In this document: positions 36,270 through 46,286 of the stretch, in pieces | Layout of the letters: each line of letters starts with the position of its first letter | Numbering within the stretch: the first letter of the stretch is position 1 | DNA from: Candidatus Multivorans sp. | Lineage (GTDB): Bacteria > Acidobacteriota > Thermoanaerobaculia > Multivoradales > Multivoraceae | DNA: 64,000 nucleotides | NCBI GenBank assembly: GCA_965247095.1 | Contig: OZ251997.1 | Coordinates: 3,040,001 to 3,104,000 of the forward strand | Direction of reading: 5' to 3' | The notes under the pieces: generated by a model | Told to the model about the DNA's origin: nothing | Databases searched by the model: none | Seen by the model: only the letters and a program-made list of their open reading frames with translations | Program-made: the position numbers and the translations under genes

Positions 36270-36337
36270 GGTCGCGGTGCGGTAACATCCGCTCTTTCGC
36301 AGACCGTGAAGATCCAGCGAACGTTGGGAGATCGCCG

Positions 36338-39109
36338 ATGTCACCCGCACTGCACCGCGCCAGCCGAGTTCTGACCCTGACCGCACCCCTTCTGGTGCTG
36401 GCGGCCGCCGCCGCCGCCCAGACCACGGGCGATATCCGCGGTGAGGTGCGCGACGCGAACGGCGATGCTCTGCCCGGCGTCACGGTCACGGCGACGATCG
36501 AGAATCGCGGCCTGTCGCGGGCCACGATCGCCGGCGCCGGCGGCCGCTTCGTGATGTCGTCGCTTCCGGTCGACGACTACGTCGTGACCGTGACCCTGGA
36601 CGGCTTCCGGGAGCATCGGGTCGAAAATGTCCGGGTGGGCATCAGCGCCACGGTCAACCTGGACATCGAACTCGCCCTCGAGACGGTGGAGGAGGAAGTC
36701 ACGGTGACCGCGTCGCCGATCCTTGACGTGACGAGTTCCAGCGTGGGCAGCAGCTACACCGCCGACTTCATCGACGACCTGCCGACCGACCGGAACTTCT
36801 GGGACCTGGTCGCGGTGTCGCCGGGGATCAGCGTGAGTTCCGAGGGCGACACCGACATGTCTGCCTTCGGCTCGAGCACGGCGTCGAACTCGTGGCGGAT
36901 CGACGGACTGGACACGACCTCGTCCGACACCGGCAATTCGTACTGGTGGTTGAACCCGGCGATCATCGATGAGGTCCAGGTGCTCGGAATCGGCGCGCCG
37001 GCGGAGTACGGCAGCATGTCCGGCGCGGCGTTCAACGTGGTGACCAAGTCCGGTTCGAACGAGTTCAGCGGCACGATCGACTGGTACCACCAGAACAGCG
37101 GCCTGACGGAGGAGAACGCCGAAATCGATGGCATTCCGTTCCATCGCGAGGAGTTCGACGACACGACGGGCACGTTGGGCGGCCCGTTCGCGCGCGACAA
37201 GGTGTGGTTCTTCGGCTCCGTCCAGTACGCGCGGGATGCCTTCACCGAGGCGGGCGTCGACCCCAGCTTCCCGACGGCCTACCCGTCCGACCGCTACGAC
37301 ATGAAGATCAACGCAGCGTTCAACGACAGCAACCTGATGGAGGCGAAGTACCACTACGAGGACTTCAGCTTCACCTACGCCGCCGCGAACACGACGCCCG
37401 ACGCCATCAGCAACCAGTCCGGGACCAATCCGGCGTGGGGCCTCCAGTTCCAGTCCGTCCTGAGTCCGAACGACTACCTGGAAGTGATGTACGCCGGCTA
37501 CAGCGGCAAGGACAACCTGCTCTCGGCGACGGGCAGCGAGGCGGCGCCCTACACGGACTACTCGCCGGTGGACGGCGGCCCCGCCCAGTCCAGCGGCAGC
37601 CCCGGCTACACCTACCGGTGGACGCTTGGCCGTGACCAGTTGGACGTCAAGCTCTCACACCACGCCGACGACCTGCTGAACGGCGACCACGACTTCAAGT
37701 TCGGCATCTCCTACGGCATGGGCACCGGCGATACCCGTACCGGCGGCGGCCCGAACGGCGTTTACTTCTACCGCTACGAGTACTACCCGGGCTACCCCTA
37801 CTACTACCGGGTGACGGCGCGGCCGTTCCACTACGGCGCCGACACCAAGGCGGTTTCGGCGTTCATCGACGACTCGTGGCAGGTCGGCTCGAACCTGACG
37901 CTCAACGTCGGCGTGCGGTACGACAAGCACAACGGCGAGATCGCCGACTTTCCGCGGCTGAACCAGGACTGGAGCCCGAGTTCGGACGTCATCCCGGGTG
38001 TTGCGGACGTGATCGACTGGACACTGATCTCGCCGCGCATCGGCATGGCCTACCAGATCGGTGACCGGCAGGTCTTCCGCGCCTTCTACGGCAAGTTCTA
38101 CGACGCCGACGTGACCGGCAACTGGTACGCGCCGCCGCCGGACCCGCCCGCGTACCTCACCGAGTCCGGGCCCTCGCTTGAAGGTCCCTGGACCTACTCG
38201 TCCAGCTTCGAGTACCACGGAAACCTGTTCCATCCCGATCTGAAGGCGCCGGAGACCGACCAGTTCACGGTGGGTTGGGAGCGTCGATTGGGCGACAACT
38301 TCACCCTCGGCATCCAGGGCGTCTACAAGGAGGCGAAGAACCTGATCGGCTGGGAGATCCTGGACGACGGGGTCTTCGGGCGCGTGCCGTGGACGAACCC
38401 GTTCACGGGCGAAACGGAGCAGTTGATCAGCGTCATCGAGCAGCCGACGACGCGCAAGGGCAACGGCCCGGGCCCGGGCTCGGCGGCGCCGGGCGCCAGC
38501 TTTAACCAGCAGTACGAAGGCGTGGTCATCTCCTTCAACAAGCGCTACAGCGACGGCTGGAGCATGCAGTCTTCGTACACCTGGTCCGACTCGGCCGGCT
38601 TCATCCCGCGGCCGCTGCTGCAGTCCCAGGGTAGCCCGTTCTATACCGACACCGACGGCCGCGACCCGAACAACTGGATCAACGCCGACCAGGCCCTTCA
38701 GAACGACCGCGAGCACGTGTTCCAGTTCCAGGGCAGTTTCGAGTTGCCCTGGAAACTCATCGGCACCGCCACCTACAGCTTCATGTCGGGCAAGCCGTAC
38801 AGCCGCCAATTGCGGGTCGGTCTAGCTTCGTCGGCGTCGCCGCTCCCTCAGGGCGGGGTGACAGTGATCGCCGTCCCCGCCAGCGACGACACGCGGTTGC
38901 CTAGCCAGAACAACTTCGATCTCTCCTTCGGCCGGCGCTTCGACGTCGGCAAGGTCGAGATCAAAGTGGACCTCCAGTTGTTCAATGTGTTCAACGAAGA
39001 CACCCACGACTGGTGGGAGACCCTCCAGGTGCCCGCGGACGAGCAGTATGTGCCCAGCGGCTACCTCTTCCCGAGGCGGGTCATGCTGCGCTTCGGGCTC
39101 GAGTTCTAG
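36338..39109 (+). CDS. TonB-dependent receptor (Oar-like) with N-terminal carboxypeptidase-regulatory domain
   Basis: Signal peptide, LPGVTVT, EEVTVTA, AEYG...NVVTKSGSN, C-terminal Phe (GLEF). Confidence 0.9.
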   Translation: MSPALHRASRVLTLTAPLLVLAAAAAAQTTGDIRGEVRDANGDALPGVTVTATIENRGLSRATIAGAGGRFVMSSLPVDDYVVTVTLDGFREHRVENVRVGISATVNLDIELALETVEEEVTVTASPILDVTSSSVGSSYTADFIDDLPTDRNFWDLVAVSPGISVSSEGDTDMSAFGSSTASNSWRIDGLDTTSSDTGNSYWWLNPAIIDEVQVLGIGAPAEYGSMSGAAFNVVTKSGSNEFSGTIDWYHQNSGLTEENAEIDGIPFHREEFDDTTGTLGGPFARDKVWFFGSVQYARDAFTEAGVDPSFPTAYPSDRYDMKINAAFNDSNLMEAKYHYEDFSFTYAAANTTPDAISNQSGTNPAWGLQFQSVLSPNDYLEVMYAGYSGKDNLLSATGSEAAPYTDYSPVDGGPAQSSGSPGYTYRWTLGRDQLDVKLSHHADDLLNGDHDFKFGISYGMGTGDTRTGGGPNGVYFYRYEYYPGYPYYYRVTARPFHYGADTKAVSAFIDDSWQVGSNLTLNVGVRYDKHNGEIADFPRLNQDWSPSSDVIPGVADVIDWTLISPRIGMAYQIGDRQVFRAFYGKFYDADVTGNWYAPPPDPPAYLTESGPSLEGPWTYSSSFEYHGNLFHPDLKAPETDQFTVGWERRLGDNFTLGIQGVYKEAKNLIGWEILDDGVFGRVPWTNPFTGETEQLISVIEQPTTRKGNGPGPGSAAPGASFNQQYEGVVISFNKRYSDGWSMQSSYTWSDSAGFIPRPLLQSQGSPFYTDTDGRDPNNWINADQALQNDREHVFQFQGSFELPWKLIGTATYSFMSGKPYSRQLRVGLASSASPLPQGGVTVIAVPASDDTRLPSQNNFDLSFGRRFDVGKVEIKVDLQLFNVFNEDTHDWWETLQVPADEQYVPSGYLFPRRVMLRFGLEF

Positions 39110-39212
39110 GCACCGGGAGGCCGCGCCGCCGACCCGTCGGCGCCAGCACCCTCCCACCGGCCCCTGGACGGGCTGGACGGCGTCGGGCGTCGAGTAACGG
39201 TCGGCGAACCTG

Positions 39213-39790
39213 TCAATCGTCTTCTACGGGGCGGACGAACTTCCCGGCCGCCTTGATGGAACCATCAGGCTCAAGTGCAATGCCGAAACAATGGTCGGCT
39301 CGGTCAAGAATTCCGCGGCAGTCCGCTTGCAAGAGAGCCTCGGCCCGCTCTCTTGGGAGGCGATTGCAGTGGACTGTCAACGCCGTTCCAGCATCGCCGA
39401 CACCGAAGGCAAACCTGTACGGATTGCCGTCAGTTGCAGCACCTTTCAGGATCTTCTCGAACTCTTGGTTGAGTCTCCGAATGGTCTCCTCGCTCCGCTC
39501 TAGGAGGAACAGTCCGAGGTCAATGGCCATTGGGTGGGGCTGATCGTCGGCCTGGGCGAGGATGTTGAAGACAGGGTGAAGATGTCCGTCACGACGGGCG
39601 CCACGATCTCCTCGGTGGTCTTCGCGTCGAGAAACTGGCGAGACTGAAACGAGAGGGCGTGGTAGTGGTCTGTCAGGAGTGTCACGGGAAAGATGGTTCG
39701 CGGCCGGTTGGCTAGTGAAACCGGTGACCCGTCCCGGGTGTGAAGCGTCACGGTGCGGTCGAGAAGTGATGTAGCGCAGGAGAACGAAGG
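39213..39790 (-). pseudogene. Fragmented remnant, tentatively of a NERD/SEC-C-type protein
   Basis: Two out-of-frame protein-like blocks (IFPVTLLTDHYHALSFQSRQFL; LTVHCN...CFGIAL), no N-terminus; family recalled, not searched. Confidence 0.4.
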
Positions 39791-39906
39791 TCGTCGAAGA
39801 TCGCTTGCTCGGAGCGCATTGGCGGGTGACCTGGGTGCCGAAACTTTAGCGGTGCGTGCTGGGAGGACTGTGCGGCGACTGGGGCCGGTTCGACAGCCGT
39901 GCTCGA

Positions 39907-40299
39907 TCAGGTTTCGCGGTCGAGGCGTGATCGGACTTGCTGCATCAGCTCTTGTATCCGGGCGATCGTCTTCTCCCGGTTCAGCTTGGGAGCGTCGGGG
40001 ACGCGGCCTGCATAGCGGAAACGGACGGCGTAGGGGGTCAGTTCGACAAGTCCGCCGAGATCGATCTTTGGAGGCTGTTGGGCGGTCAGGACCTCAAGCA
40101 GTTGCGCGATGTCGTGAGTGATCGGGTACTTCTCACCGAGCAACGCGATCCAGGCCTTGACGAGTTTCTCGGTTGCCTGCTGAGCGAGGAATCCCGCGAT
40201 CTCGTCCGCGAACACTTCCGAGTCGGTCATGCCGCGGAGAGCAGCGAGATCGCGCTCCGCCGCCTCAAGGAGAACGCGGGCGGACTTAGTGTCGCTCAT
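39907..40299 (-). CDS. HEPN-domain protein
   Basis: FLAQQATEKLVKA, THDI, YAVRFRY; overlaps the MNT gene. Confidence 0.85.
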   Translation of the reverse strand: MSDTKSARVLLEAAERDLAALRGMTDSEVFADEIAGFLAQQATEKLVKAWIALLGEKYPITHDIAQLLEVLTAQQPPKIDLGGLVELTPYAVRFRYAGRVPDAPKLNREKTIARIQELMQQVRSRLDRET

Positions 40300-40621
40300 A
40301 GAGGACCTTGCCCTCACGCAGCGCCCGCGCGACGACGTGGTTCAGCGAATCTCGCCAGTAGTCGACTTCATCGCGGCCGTAGAGCAAGATGTCCGTCGGC
40401 ACGGAGAAGCGCGCCAGTTGCCTGCTCAGGCGAACCGACTGCGCGTCGCGCTTTCCGACCTTCTTGAAGGGTTCCGACTGGATGACCAAGAGGTCGATGT
40501 CGGACTCCTCTCCGTGATCGCCCCGGGCCTGGGATCCGAAGAGAATCACCTGTTCGGGATCGACCTCGGCGACGATGGCATCGACCATCTCTGCGAGTAC
40601 CTCTTGCGTTGGGTAACTCAT
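40286..40621 (-). CDS. Minimal nucleotidyltransferase (MNT)
   Basis: LFGSQARGDHGEESDIDLL (GS-x10-DxD). Confidence 0.9.
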   Translation of the reverse strand: MSYPTQEVLAEMVDAIVAEVDPEQVILFGSQARGDHGEESDIDLLVIQSEPFKKVGKRDAQSVRLSRQLARFSVPTDILLYGRDEVDYWRDSLNHVVARALREGKVLYERH

Positions 40622-40630
40622 GGTTGCCGG

Positions 40631-41125
40631 CTAGCGCCCGTGGTAGAGCGTCGCGTCCTCGGTGTGCAGGCCGCGGGGGTCGTCGCGCTTCGACTCGTAG
40701 AGGCCGCCCTCGGCGTCGACGAGGTCGTCCGTGAAGATGGACTCGTCGACGGGAATCTCGCTCGGGCAGGAAATCTCGATCAGGTTGCCCGCGGGGTCGC
40801 GGATGAACATCTGCATGGCGCCGTCGGGCAGCCGTCGGACCTTGCCCCAGGGTGAGGTGTCGATGGCGCCGAGTTCGCGCATGCGGAAGAAGATCGAGTC
40901 GAAGTCGTCGACCTGCAGGCAGAGGTGCCCGCGGAAGGAGGCCTGGTCCTCCCACTCGGTGACGTGAAGCTGCTGCTCCTCGTTGATCTTGAAGAACTGG
41001 GCCGGGAAGTCGAGGTTGAAGGTCGGCAGCGCCTCGAGCCCGAGCTCGTGCTCGTAGAAGGCGCAGGCCTTCTCCAGGTCGTCGACGACGACGGTCGCGT
41101 GTTGAATTTGCAGGATCTTCGCCAT
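40631..41125 (-). CDS. VOC/glyoxalase-family protein
   Basis: HATVVVDDL, FYEHELGL, HLCLQVDD, FIRDPAGNLIE. Confidence 0.88.
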   Translation of the reverse strand: MAKILQIQHATVVVDDLEKACAFYEHELGLEALPTFNLDFPAQFFKINEEQQLHVTEWEDQASFRGHLCLQVDDFDSIFFRMRELGAIDTSPWGKVRRLPDGAMQMFIRDPAGNLIEISCPSEIPVDESIFTDDLVDAEGGLYESKRDDPRGLHTEDATLYHGR

Positions 41126-41291
41126 GAGCGCGGGTCCTCTTCTGGTTGAGTGCGGCGGCTGAGGCGCGAACAATGCACCGATGCGTAGCCGCCTGCCGAG
41201 GCTATCGGAGCGGTGCGAGCGGATGGGGACTTGACCGCGGCTTGGCGTCGTTCGAGCCGCGATGTGAGTGCGATGGCATACTGCTGAGGCG

Positions 41292-41558
41292 ATGTCTGAA
41301 CCGGTCATGCCTGTCACGGTCCGATTCGGCGCCCAGGGCCGTCTGGTGGTACCGGCGCCGATGCGCGAGGCCCTCGGTTTCAAGACGGGCGACCCTCTCG
41401 TCGTCCGCGTACAGGACGGCCGGTTGGTCGTCGAGGGCAGGGAATCGGTGGTTCGACGGGTGCAGGAACAGTTCGGCGTACCAGGCCGGAACCTCGTCGA
41501 CGAGTTCATCGCCGAGCGTCGTCAGGAAGCCCGGCGGGAGGAAGAACTGATCCGCTGA
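41292..41558 (+). CDS. AbrB/MazE/SpoVT-family DNA-binding protein (antitoxin-like, no adjacent toxin)
   Basis: QGRLVVPAPMREALGFKTGD; C-terminal LVDEFIAERRQEA. Confidence 0.82.
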   Translation: MSEPVMPVTVRFGAQGRLVVPAPMREALGFKTGDPLVVRVQDGRLVVEGRESVVRRVQEQFGVPGRNLVDEFIAERRQEARREEELIR

Positions 41559-41588
41559 CGGGTCGCCCCCTGCCGACCGACCGGCTTC

Positions 41589-42476
41589 CTAGCTGATGAG
41601 CGGCAGCAGTTCCTCGGCCGAACGCCGGGTGAGCATCGTGTAGAACTCGTCGCTCAGCAGGTTGCTGCCGTGGTCTTCGATGAACTTCTTCTGCTCCGGC
41701 GTGATGTCGGTCGGTTCGGTTTCGACTGCCTCCGGGTAGCGGTTGGCCGGCGTGCGGTCGATCGGCGCCACGAACTCGACGGTCAGGGCGCCGTTGTAGC
41801 CGACCTCGCGTAGCGTCTCGACGATCGCCGCCCAGTCGAGCGCGCCCATGCCGGGGGCCATCCGGTTGCTGTCGGCGACGTGGAAGTCGACGAGACGGTT
41901 GCCTGCCTTGCGGATCGATCCCAGGAGGTCGTCGTCCTCCATGTTCATGTGGAAGGCGTCGAGGCAGACGCCGCAGTCCGGTCCCGTCGCTTCGGCGAGC
42001 GCCAGCGCCTGGTCGCCGCGGTTGATGAAGTAGGTTTCGAAGCGGTTGATCGGTTCGATCGCGATCAGCACGCCCGCGGCCTGACTGTGTTCGTAGATCT
42101 CGCGCATGCTCTCGACCGCCCACCGCCACTCGTTCTCGGGCGTCGAGTCGGGGTCGACCTTGCCGACCGTCCCGGGAACGACCGACATCTCGTGGCCGTC
42201 GAGTTCCTTGACCATCGTGATGCAGTCCTTGACGTACTGGATGGAGCTGGCGCGCTCGGCCTCGTCCCTGGCGATCAGGCTGCGGCCCTCCATCATCAGG
42301 GTCACGGAGCCCCAGCAGCGAATGCCGTAGCGCTTCAGCAGGGCGCCGACCTCGGCCGTCTCGTAGAGCTCGGGCTCCCCGCTGATCTCGAGCGACTCGT
42401 AGCCGAACTGCCGCAGACGCGCGAGGGTGTTCTCGAGCGGTTCCGCGCGCATCCAGTTGTGCATGGACAGGTGCAT
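41589..42476 (-). CDS. Sugar phosphate isomerase/epimerase (xylose-isomerase-like TIM barrel)
   Basis: EPINRFE, DAFHMN, HVADSNR, LTVE metal ligands. Confidence 0.88.
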   Translation of the reverse strand: MHLSMHNWMRAEPLENTLARLRQFGYESLEISGEPELYETAEVGALLKRYGIRCWGSVTLMMEGRSLIARDEAERASSIQYVKDCITMVKELDGHEMSVVPGTVGKVDPDSTPENEWRWAVESMREIYEHSQAAGVLIAIEPINRFETYFINRGDQALALAEATGPDCGVCLDAFHMNMEDDDLLGSIRKAGNRLVDFHVADSNRMAPGMGALDWAAIVETLREVGYNGALTVEFVAPIDRTPANRYPEAVETEPTDITPEQKKFIEDHGSNLLSDEFYTMLTRRSAEELLPLIS

Positions 42477-42640
42477 GGCAGGTCTCCCGTTGGTGCGGGG
42501 GAAGATAGCAGCGTCACGGGAATCCTGGGCGGCAGCCAAGGATTGGCTCTCCCCGTGCGTCATACCCGTGAATGAGGATGGGAGACGCGGTGCATGTGGC
42601 CGTCGAAACCAGATGGGGTTCCCCTGCGGCGTGGTCTAGT

Positions 42641-43183
42641 GTGAAGGCCACTGTGAGAGGTGACGACGAGCTGGTTCGGGCGGCTGTGGCTGGCGACCGC
42701 GACGCCTTTGGCCACCTCCTGGAGCTCCACTACGACCGGATCTTCCGGTTCTGCTTCCGGCTGACCGGGCGCCGGGAGGAGGCAGAAGACCTTACGCAGG
42801 AAATCTGCCTCGCCCTGCCCGCGAAGCTTCAGAACTTCCGGGGCAAGGCCAAGCTGACGACCTGGCTCTATCGGATCGCCGCGAATGCGGCTCACGACCG
42901 TCGGCGCCGTGCCGCCAGCAGCGCCAAGGCTGCCGAGGGTTGGGGGGACTGGGAGGTGAACCGCCGTGCGGCGGCAACGGACAGGGCCGCGGATCTCGAC
43001 TGGCTGCGCCGCTCGATGACGGTCCTGCCGGACGATCTGCGCGACACGGCCGCGCTGACGCTCGACGGCGAGATGACCCATGCGGAAGCCGCCGAGGTGC
43101 TCGGAATCTCCGAAGGCACCGTCAGTTGGCGGCTGTCGGAAGTCCGCAAGCGCCTGCGCGCGATGCGGCAAGAGGAAGGATGA
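42641..43183 (+). CDS. ECF sigma-70 factor (start uncertain)
   Basis: GDRDAFGHL, AEDLTQE, TWLYRIAAN, EAAEVLGISEGTVSWRL. Confidence 0.9.
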   Translation: MKATVRGDDELVRAAVAGDRDAFGHLLELHYDRIFRFCFRLTGRREEAEDLTQEICLALPAKLQNFRGKAKLTTWLYRIAANAAHDRRRRAASSAKAAEGWGDWEVNRRAAATDRAADLDWLRRSMTVLPDDLRDTAALTLDGEMTHAEAAEVLGISEGTVSWRLSEVRKRLRAMRQEEG

Positions 43184-45375
43184 CGATGACCGATCCACTC
43201 GACGATCTGAAACGTGCGTTGGACCGTGCGACGCCCGAGCCCGATGCCGAACGGCGGAAGGCGAACATGGCCCGCGCGATGGAGCTCTTCGACCAGTCCC
43301 AAGAATCAGCGGCCGAGCCGCGTCGTACTCATGACCGCCTCACTACCTGGGCGGGTATCGGACATGGAGTACGACACATGCTTTCCACACTGACTTCTCG
43401 CCCCGCTGTGATCGCCGCTGCTGGCCTGGCCGCGGTCGGCTTCGCTGCTCTCTTCGTGGTCTTGAGCCGAGAGACCACGCCGCGCCCGGCCGAGGTTGTA
43501 GCAGAGGCCGACGCCTCGCCACCGGGCCCCTTGCCCTATGAACCGGAGTCGCTCCGCCTCCAGGAGCGGGAAGAGTTGGAGGTTGCGGAGATCGACATTC
43601 CGGAGGTCGACGATCTGGACCTGTTCGATCTTGCCCCTACCGAGCCGTCGCCCGCTCCCGTCGCTCCAGTCGAGGCGCTCCGCCGCCGACTCCAACCCGC
43701 TCCTGCGCCTCCTCCTCCTCCCGCGGCCGAGCCCCTGGAGGGAGCGATTACGGTGACCGCAGAGAGGCCCTTGGTCGATAGGTTCTCGGTGACCGCGGGG
43801 TCGCCGGTGGAGACTGAAACGCTGCCGCCGCCTGCGCCTGAACCCATGCAGCCAAGGCCTCGGCCGAGTGCCCTTTCCTCGCGTATGAAAGCGCTGGTTG
43901 CGGCGGACCCGTTCGTCGCGGGCGAGCTGGTAGTTCGAGCAGCTCCCCAACCGCGCAGCACAGAAGCCTTCGCCAACGAGCCGGCCAGCCCGCTCAAGAT
44001 TGCTGGCGAGGAACCCGTTTCGACCTTCTCGATCGACGTTGACACGGCCAGTTACTCCGTCGTCCGCTCTTCGTTGATGACCGGCTATCTGCCTGTGGCG
44101 GAGGCCGTGCGCGTCGAGGAGATGCTCAACTACTTCCCCTACGCGTATCCCGCGCCCGAGGCCGGCGGGGCGCCGTTCAGGCCGACCGTCACGGTGGCGC
44201 AGACGCCGTGGAACCCGGACACGCTGTTGATGCACATCGGCCTCCAGGGCCGGTTGCCGGCAACGGACGACCGGCCGCCGCTCAACCTCGTGTTCCTGAT
44301 CGACACGTCGGGCTCGATGAACCGGCCCAACAAGCTGCCGCTCCTGAAGCAGTCCTTCCGTCTGATGCTGGGCCAACTGCGGCCCGAGGACGAGGTTGCG
44401 ATCGTCACCTACGCCGGCAGCGCGGGTCGCCCGCTCGACGCGATTTCCGCCACCGAAAGGGGCGAGATCCTGAGTGCACTGGACCTCCTCAACGCCGGCG
44501 GGTCGACTGCCGGGGCGGCGGGCATCCAGTTGGCTTACCAGACGGCCGCGGGAATGGCGGCGGAGGGCGAGGTCACCCGCGTGATCCTGGCCACGGACGG
44601 CGACTTCAACGTCGGCATCTCGGACCCCGAGCAACTCAAGGACTTCATCGCCCGGCAGCGGGAGAACGGCATCTACCTCTCCGTCCTCGGCTTCGGCCGC
44701 GGCAATCTGGACGACGCGACGATGCAGGCCCTGGCCCAGAACGGCAACGGTCAAGCGTCGTACATCGACACGCTCGCGGAGGCCCAGAAGGTGCTGGTCG
44801 ACCAGCTCACCGGCACCCTGTTCCCGATCGCGGACGACGTGAAGATCCAGGTCGAGTTCAACCCTGCCGCGGTGGCCGAGTACCGGCTGATCGGGTACGA
44901 GACCCGCGCGCTGAGGCGCGAGGACTTCAACAACGACCGGGTCGACGCGGGCGAGATCGGGGCCGGCCACTCGGTGACCGCGATCTACGAAGTGACGCCG
45001 GTCGGTTCGCCTGCCGTGCTTCACGATCCTCTGCGCTACGCGGCGCCCGCGGCGGAGCCCCCGGGCGCCGGCGCGGACTCGCGGAGGTCCGGGGAGTTCG
45101 CCTTCCTCCGCCTGCGCTACAAGGCGCCGGGCGAGGACACGAGTCGCCTGATCGAAGTGGCGATCAACCGCGAGGCGGGCAATGCCGGCGCCGACCAGCG
45201 CTTTGCCGCCGCCATCGCCGGATTCGGCCAGCTCTTGCGGGGCGGCGTCTACACCGGCGACTGGTCTTACGCGGACGCGATTGCGCTAGCCGAGGCGAAC
45301 ACCGGCGGCGACCGGTACGGCTACCGCCGCGAGGCCGTGACCCTGATGCGTCTGGCCGAGAGTCTGAGCGAGTAG
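43180..45375 (+). CDS. Membrane-anchored vWA protein (YfbK/DUF3520 type), probable anti-sigma partner
   Basis: ATGA overlap with sigma; TM helix; PVSTFSIDVDTASY, MIDAS DTSGSM, ATDGDFNVG, YRLIGYETR. Confidence 0.85.
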   Translation: MTMTDPLDDLKRALDRATPEPDAERRKANMARAMELFDQSQESAAEPRRTHDRLTTWAGIGHGVRHMLSTLTSRPAVIAAAGLAAVGFAALFVVLSRETTPRPAEVVAEADASPPGPLPYEPESLRLQEREELEVAEIDIPEVDDLDLFDLAPTEPSPAPVAPVEALRRRLQPAPAPPPPPAAEPLEGAITVTAERPLVDRFSVTAGSPVETETLPPPAPEPMQPRPRPSALSSRMKALVAADPFVAGELVVRAAPQPRSTEAFANEPASPLKIAGEEPVSTFSIDVDTASYSVVRSSLMTGYLPVAEAVRVEEMLNYFPYAYPAPEAGGAPFRPTVTVAQTPWNPDTLLMHIGLQGRLPATDDRPPLNLVFLIDTSGSMNRPNKLPLLKQSFRLMLGQLRPEDEVAIVTYAGSAGRPLDAISATERGEILSALDLLNAGGSTAGAAGIQLAYQTAAGMAAEGEVTRVILATDGDFNVGISDPEQLKDFIARQRENGIYLSVLGFGRGNLDDATMQALAQNGNGQASYIDTLAEAQKVLVDQLTGTLFPIADDVKIQVEFNPAAVAEYRLIGYETRALRREDFNNDRVDAGEIGAGHSVTAIYEVTPVGSPAVLHDPLRYAAPAAEPPGAGADSRRSGEFAFLRLRYKAPGEDTSRLIEVAINREAGNAGADQRFAAAIAGFGQLLRGGVYTGDWSYADAIALAEANTGGDRYGYRREAVTLMRLAESLSE

Positions 45376-45447
45376 GGCCGCGGCAGCGCGGCAGAAACTG
45401 GGTGCGCCCGCGTCCCCGCCGGCCTCCGGTAGTGCTGCCGCGCCAGG

Positions 45448-46272
45448 TCAGTTCGCGCCGAGGAAACGGCGCAGACAGCGGGTGACGGCGCCCGGGGTTT
45501 CGGCCATCAGCATGTGGCCGGCGTCCGCCACCGTCTCAAAGGCGGCGCCGCCATTGCCGTTCTGGATCCGGTCGGCAAGCGCGCGGCCGGCTCTTGGCGG
45601 CGTCATCCGGTCCTTTGTCCCCGAGACCACGAGCGTGGGACAGTTGACGCCGGGGGCGCTCTCGCTGCCTTCCCACTCGTTGCAGGCGGCGAAGTCGCGG
45701 TGGAGCACTTCCGGAGCGCAGCGGTCGAGCAGGGCCATCGTCGCGCCGAGCATCCACAGCCCCGGCGATTCGGCGCCGCCGAAGTGGGCGCCGGCGCCGT
45801 GGCCGAACGCGGCGATGAAGCGGTGGGCGTTGAGCGGTCTCTTCAGTGTGTCGGCGAGCAGGCCGGGGTTCACGCGCAGCGTCTCGCCGGCGCCGAACAG
45901 GGCGACCCGGTTGGCGGGTCCGTTCAGCCTGGCCGCGGCGTCGACCGCGATGCAGGCGCCCATCGAGTGGCCGACGATCGCAAGCTCCTCGCTGCCTGCC
46001 CGTTCCGCGGCTTCGGCGGCGAAGTCGGCGATCCAGGCCGCGTAGTCGGCGATCGTGGAGATGCCGTCGAGGTCGTCCGACATCCCGTGGCCCGGCAGGT
46101 CGGGCGCGGCGACATTCCAGCCGTGCTGGGCCAGAGACCTCGCCTGCAGGGCCCACACCGTATGGTCGCAGCCGGCGCCGTGGAGAAGCAGGGCGAGCGG
46201 CCGCCCCGGCTTCCAGGAGGCGCCGCCGGTGCCGCAGTAGACCTTGCGGCCACGCGTTTCGAGTTCGGGCAT
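45448..46272 (-). CDS. Alpha/beta hydrolase
   Basis: LHGAG, PDLPGHG, GHSMG, DRMTP, AGHML. Confidence 0.88.
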   Translation of the reverse strand: MPELETRGRKVYCGTGGASWKPGRPLALLLHGAGCDHTVWALQARSLAQHGWNVAAPDLPGHGMSDDLDGISTIADYAAWIADFAAEAAERAGSEELAIVGHSMGACIAVDAAARLNGPANRVALFGAGETLRVNPGLLADTLKRPLNAHRFIAAFGHGAGAHFGGAESPGLWMLGATMALLDRCAPEVLHRDFAACNEWEGSESAPGVNCPTLVVSGTKDRMTPPRAGRALADRIQNGNGGAAFETVADAGHMLMAETPGAVTRCLRRFLGAN

Positions 46273-46286
46273 GCTTGGTCTCCCGC

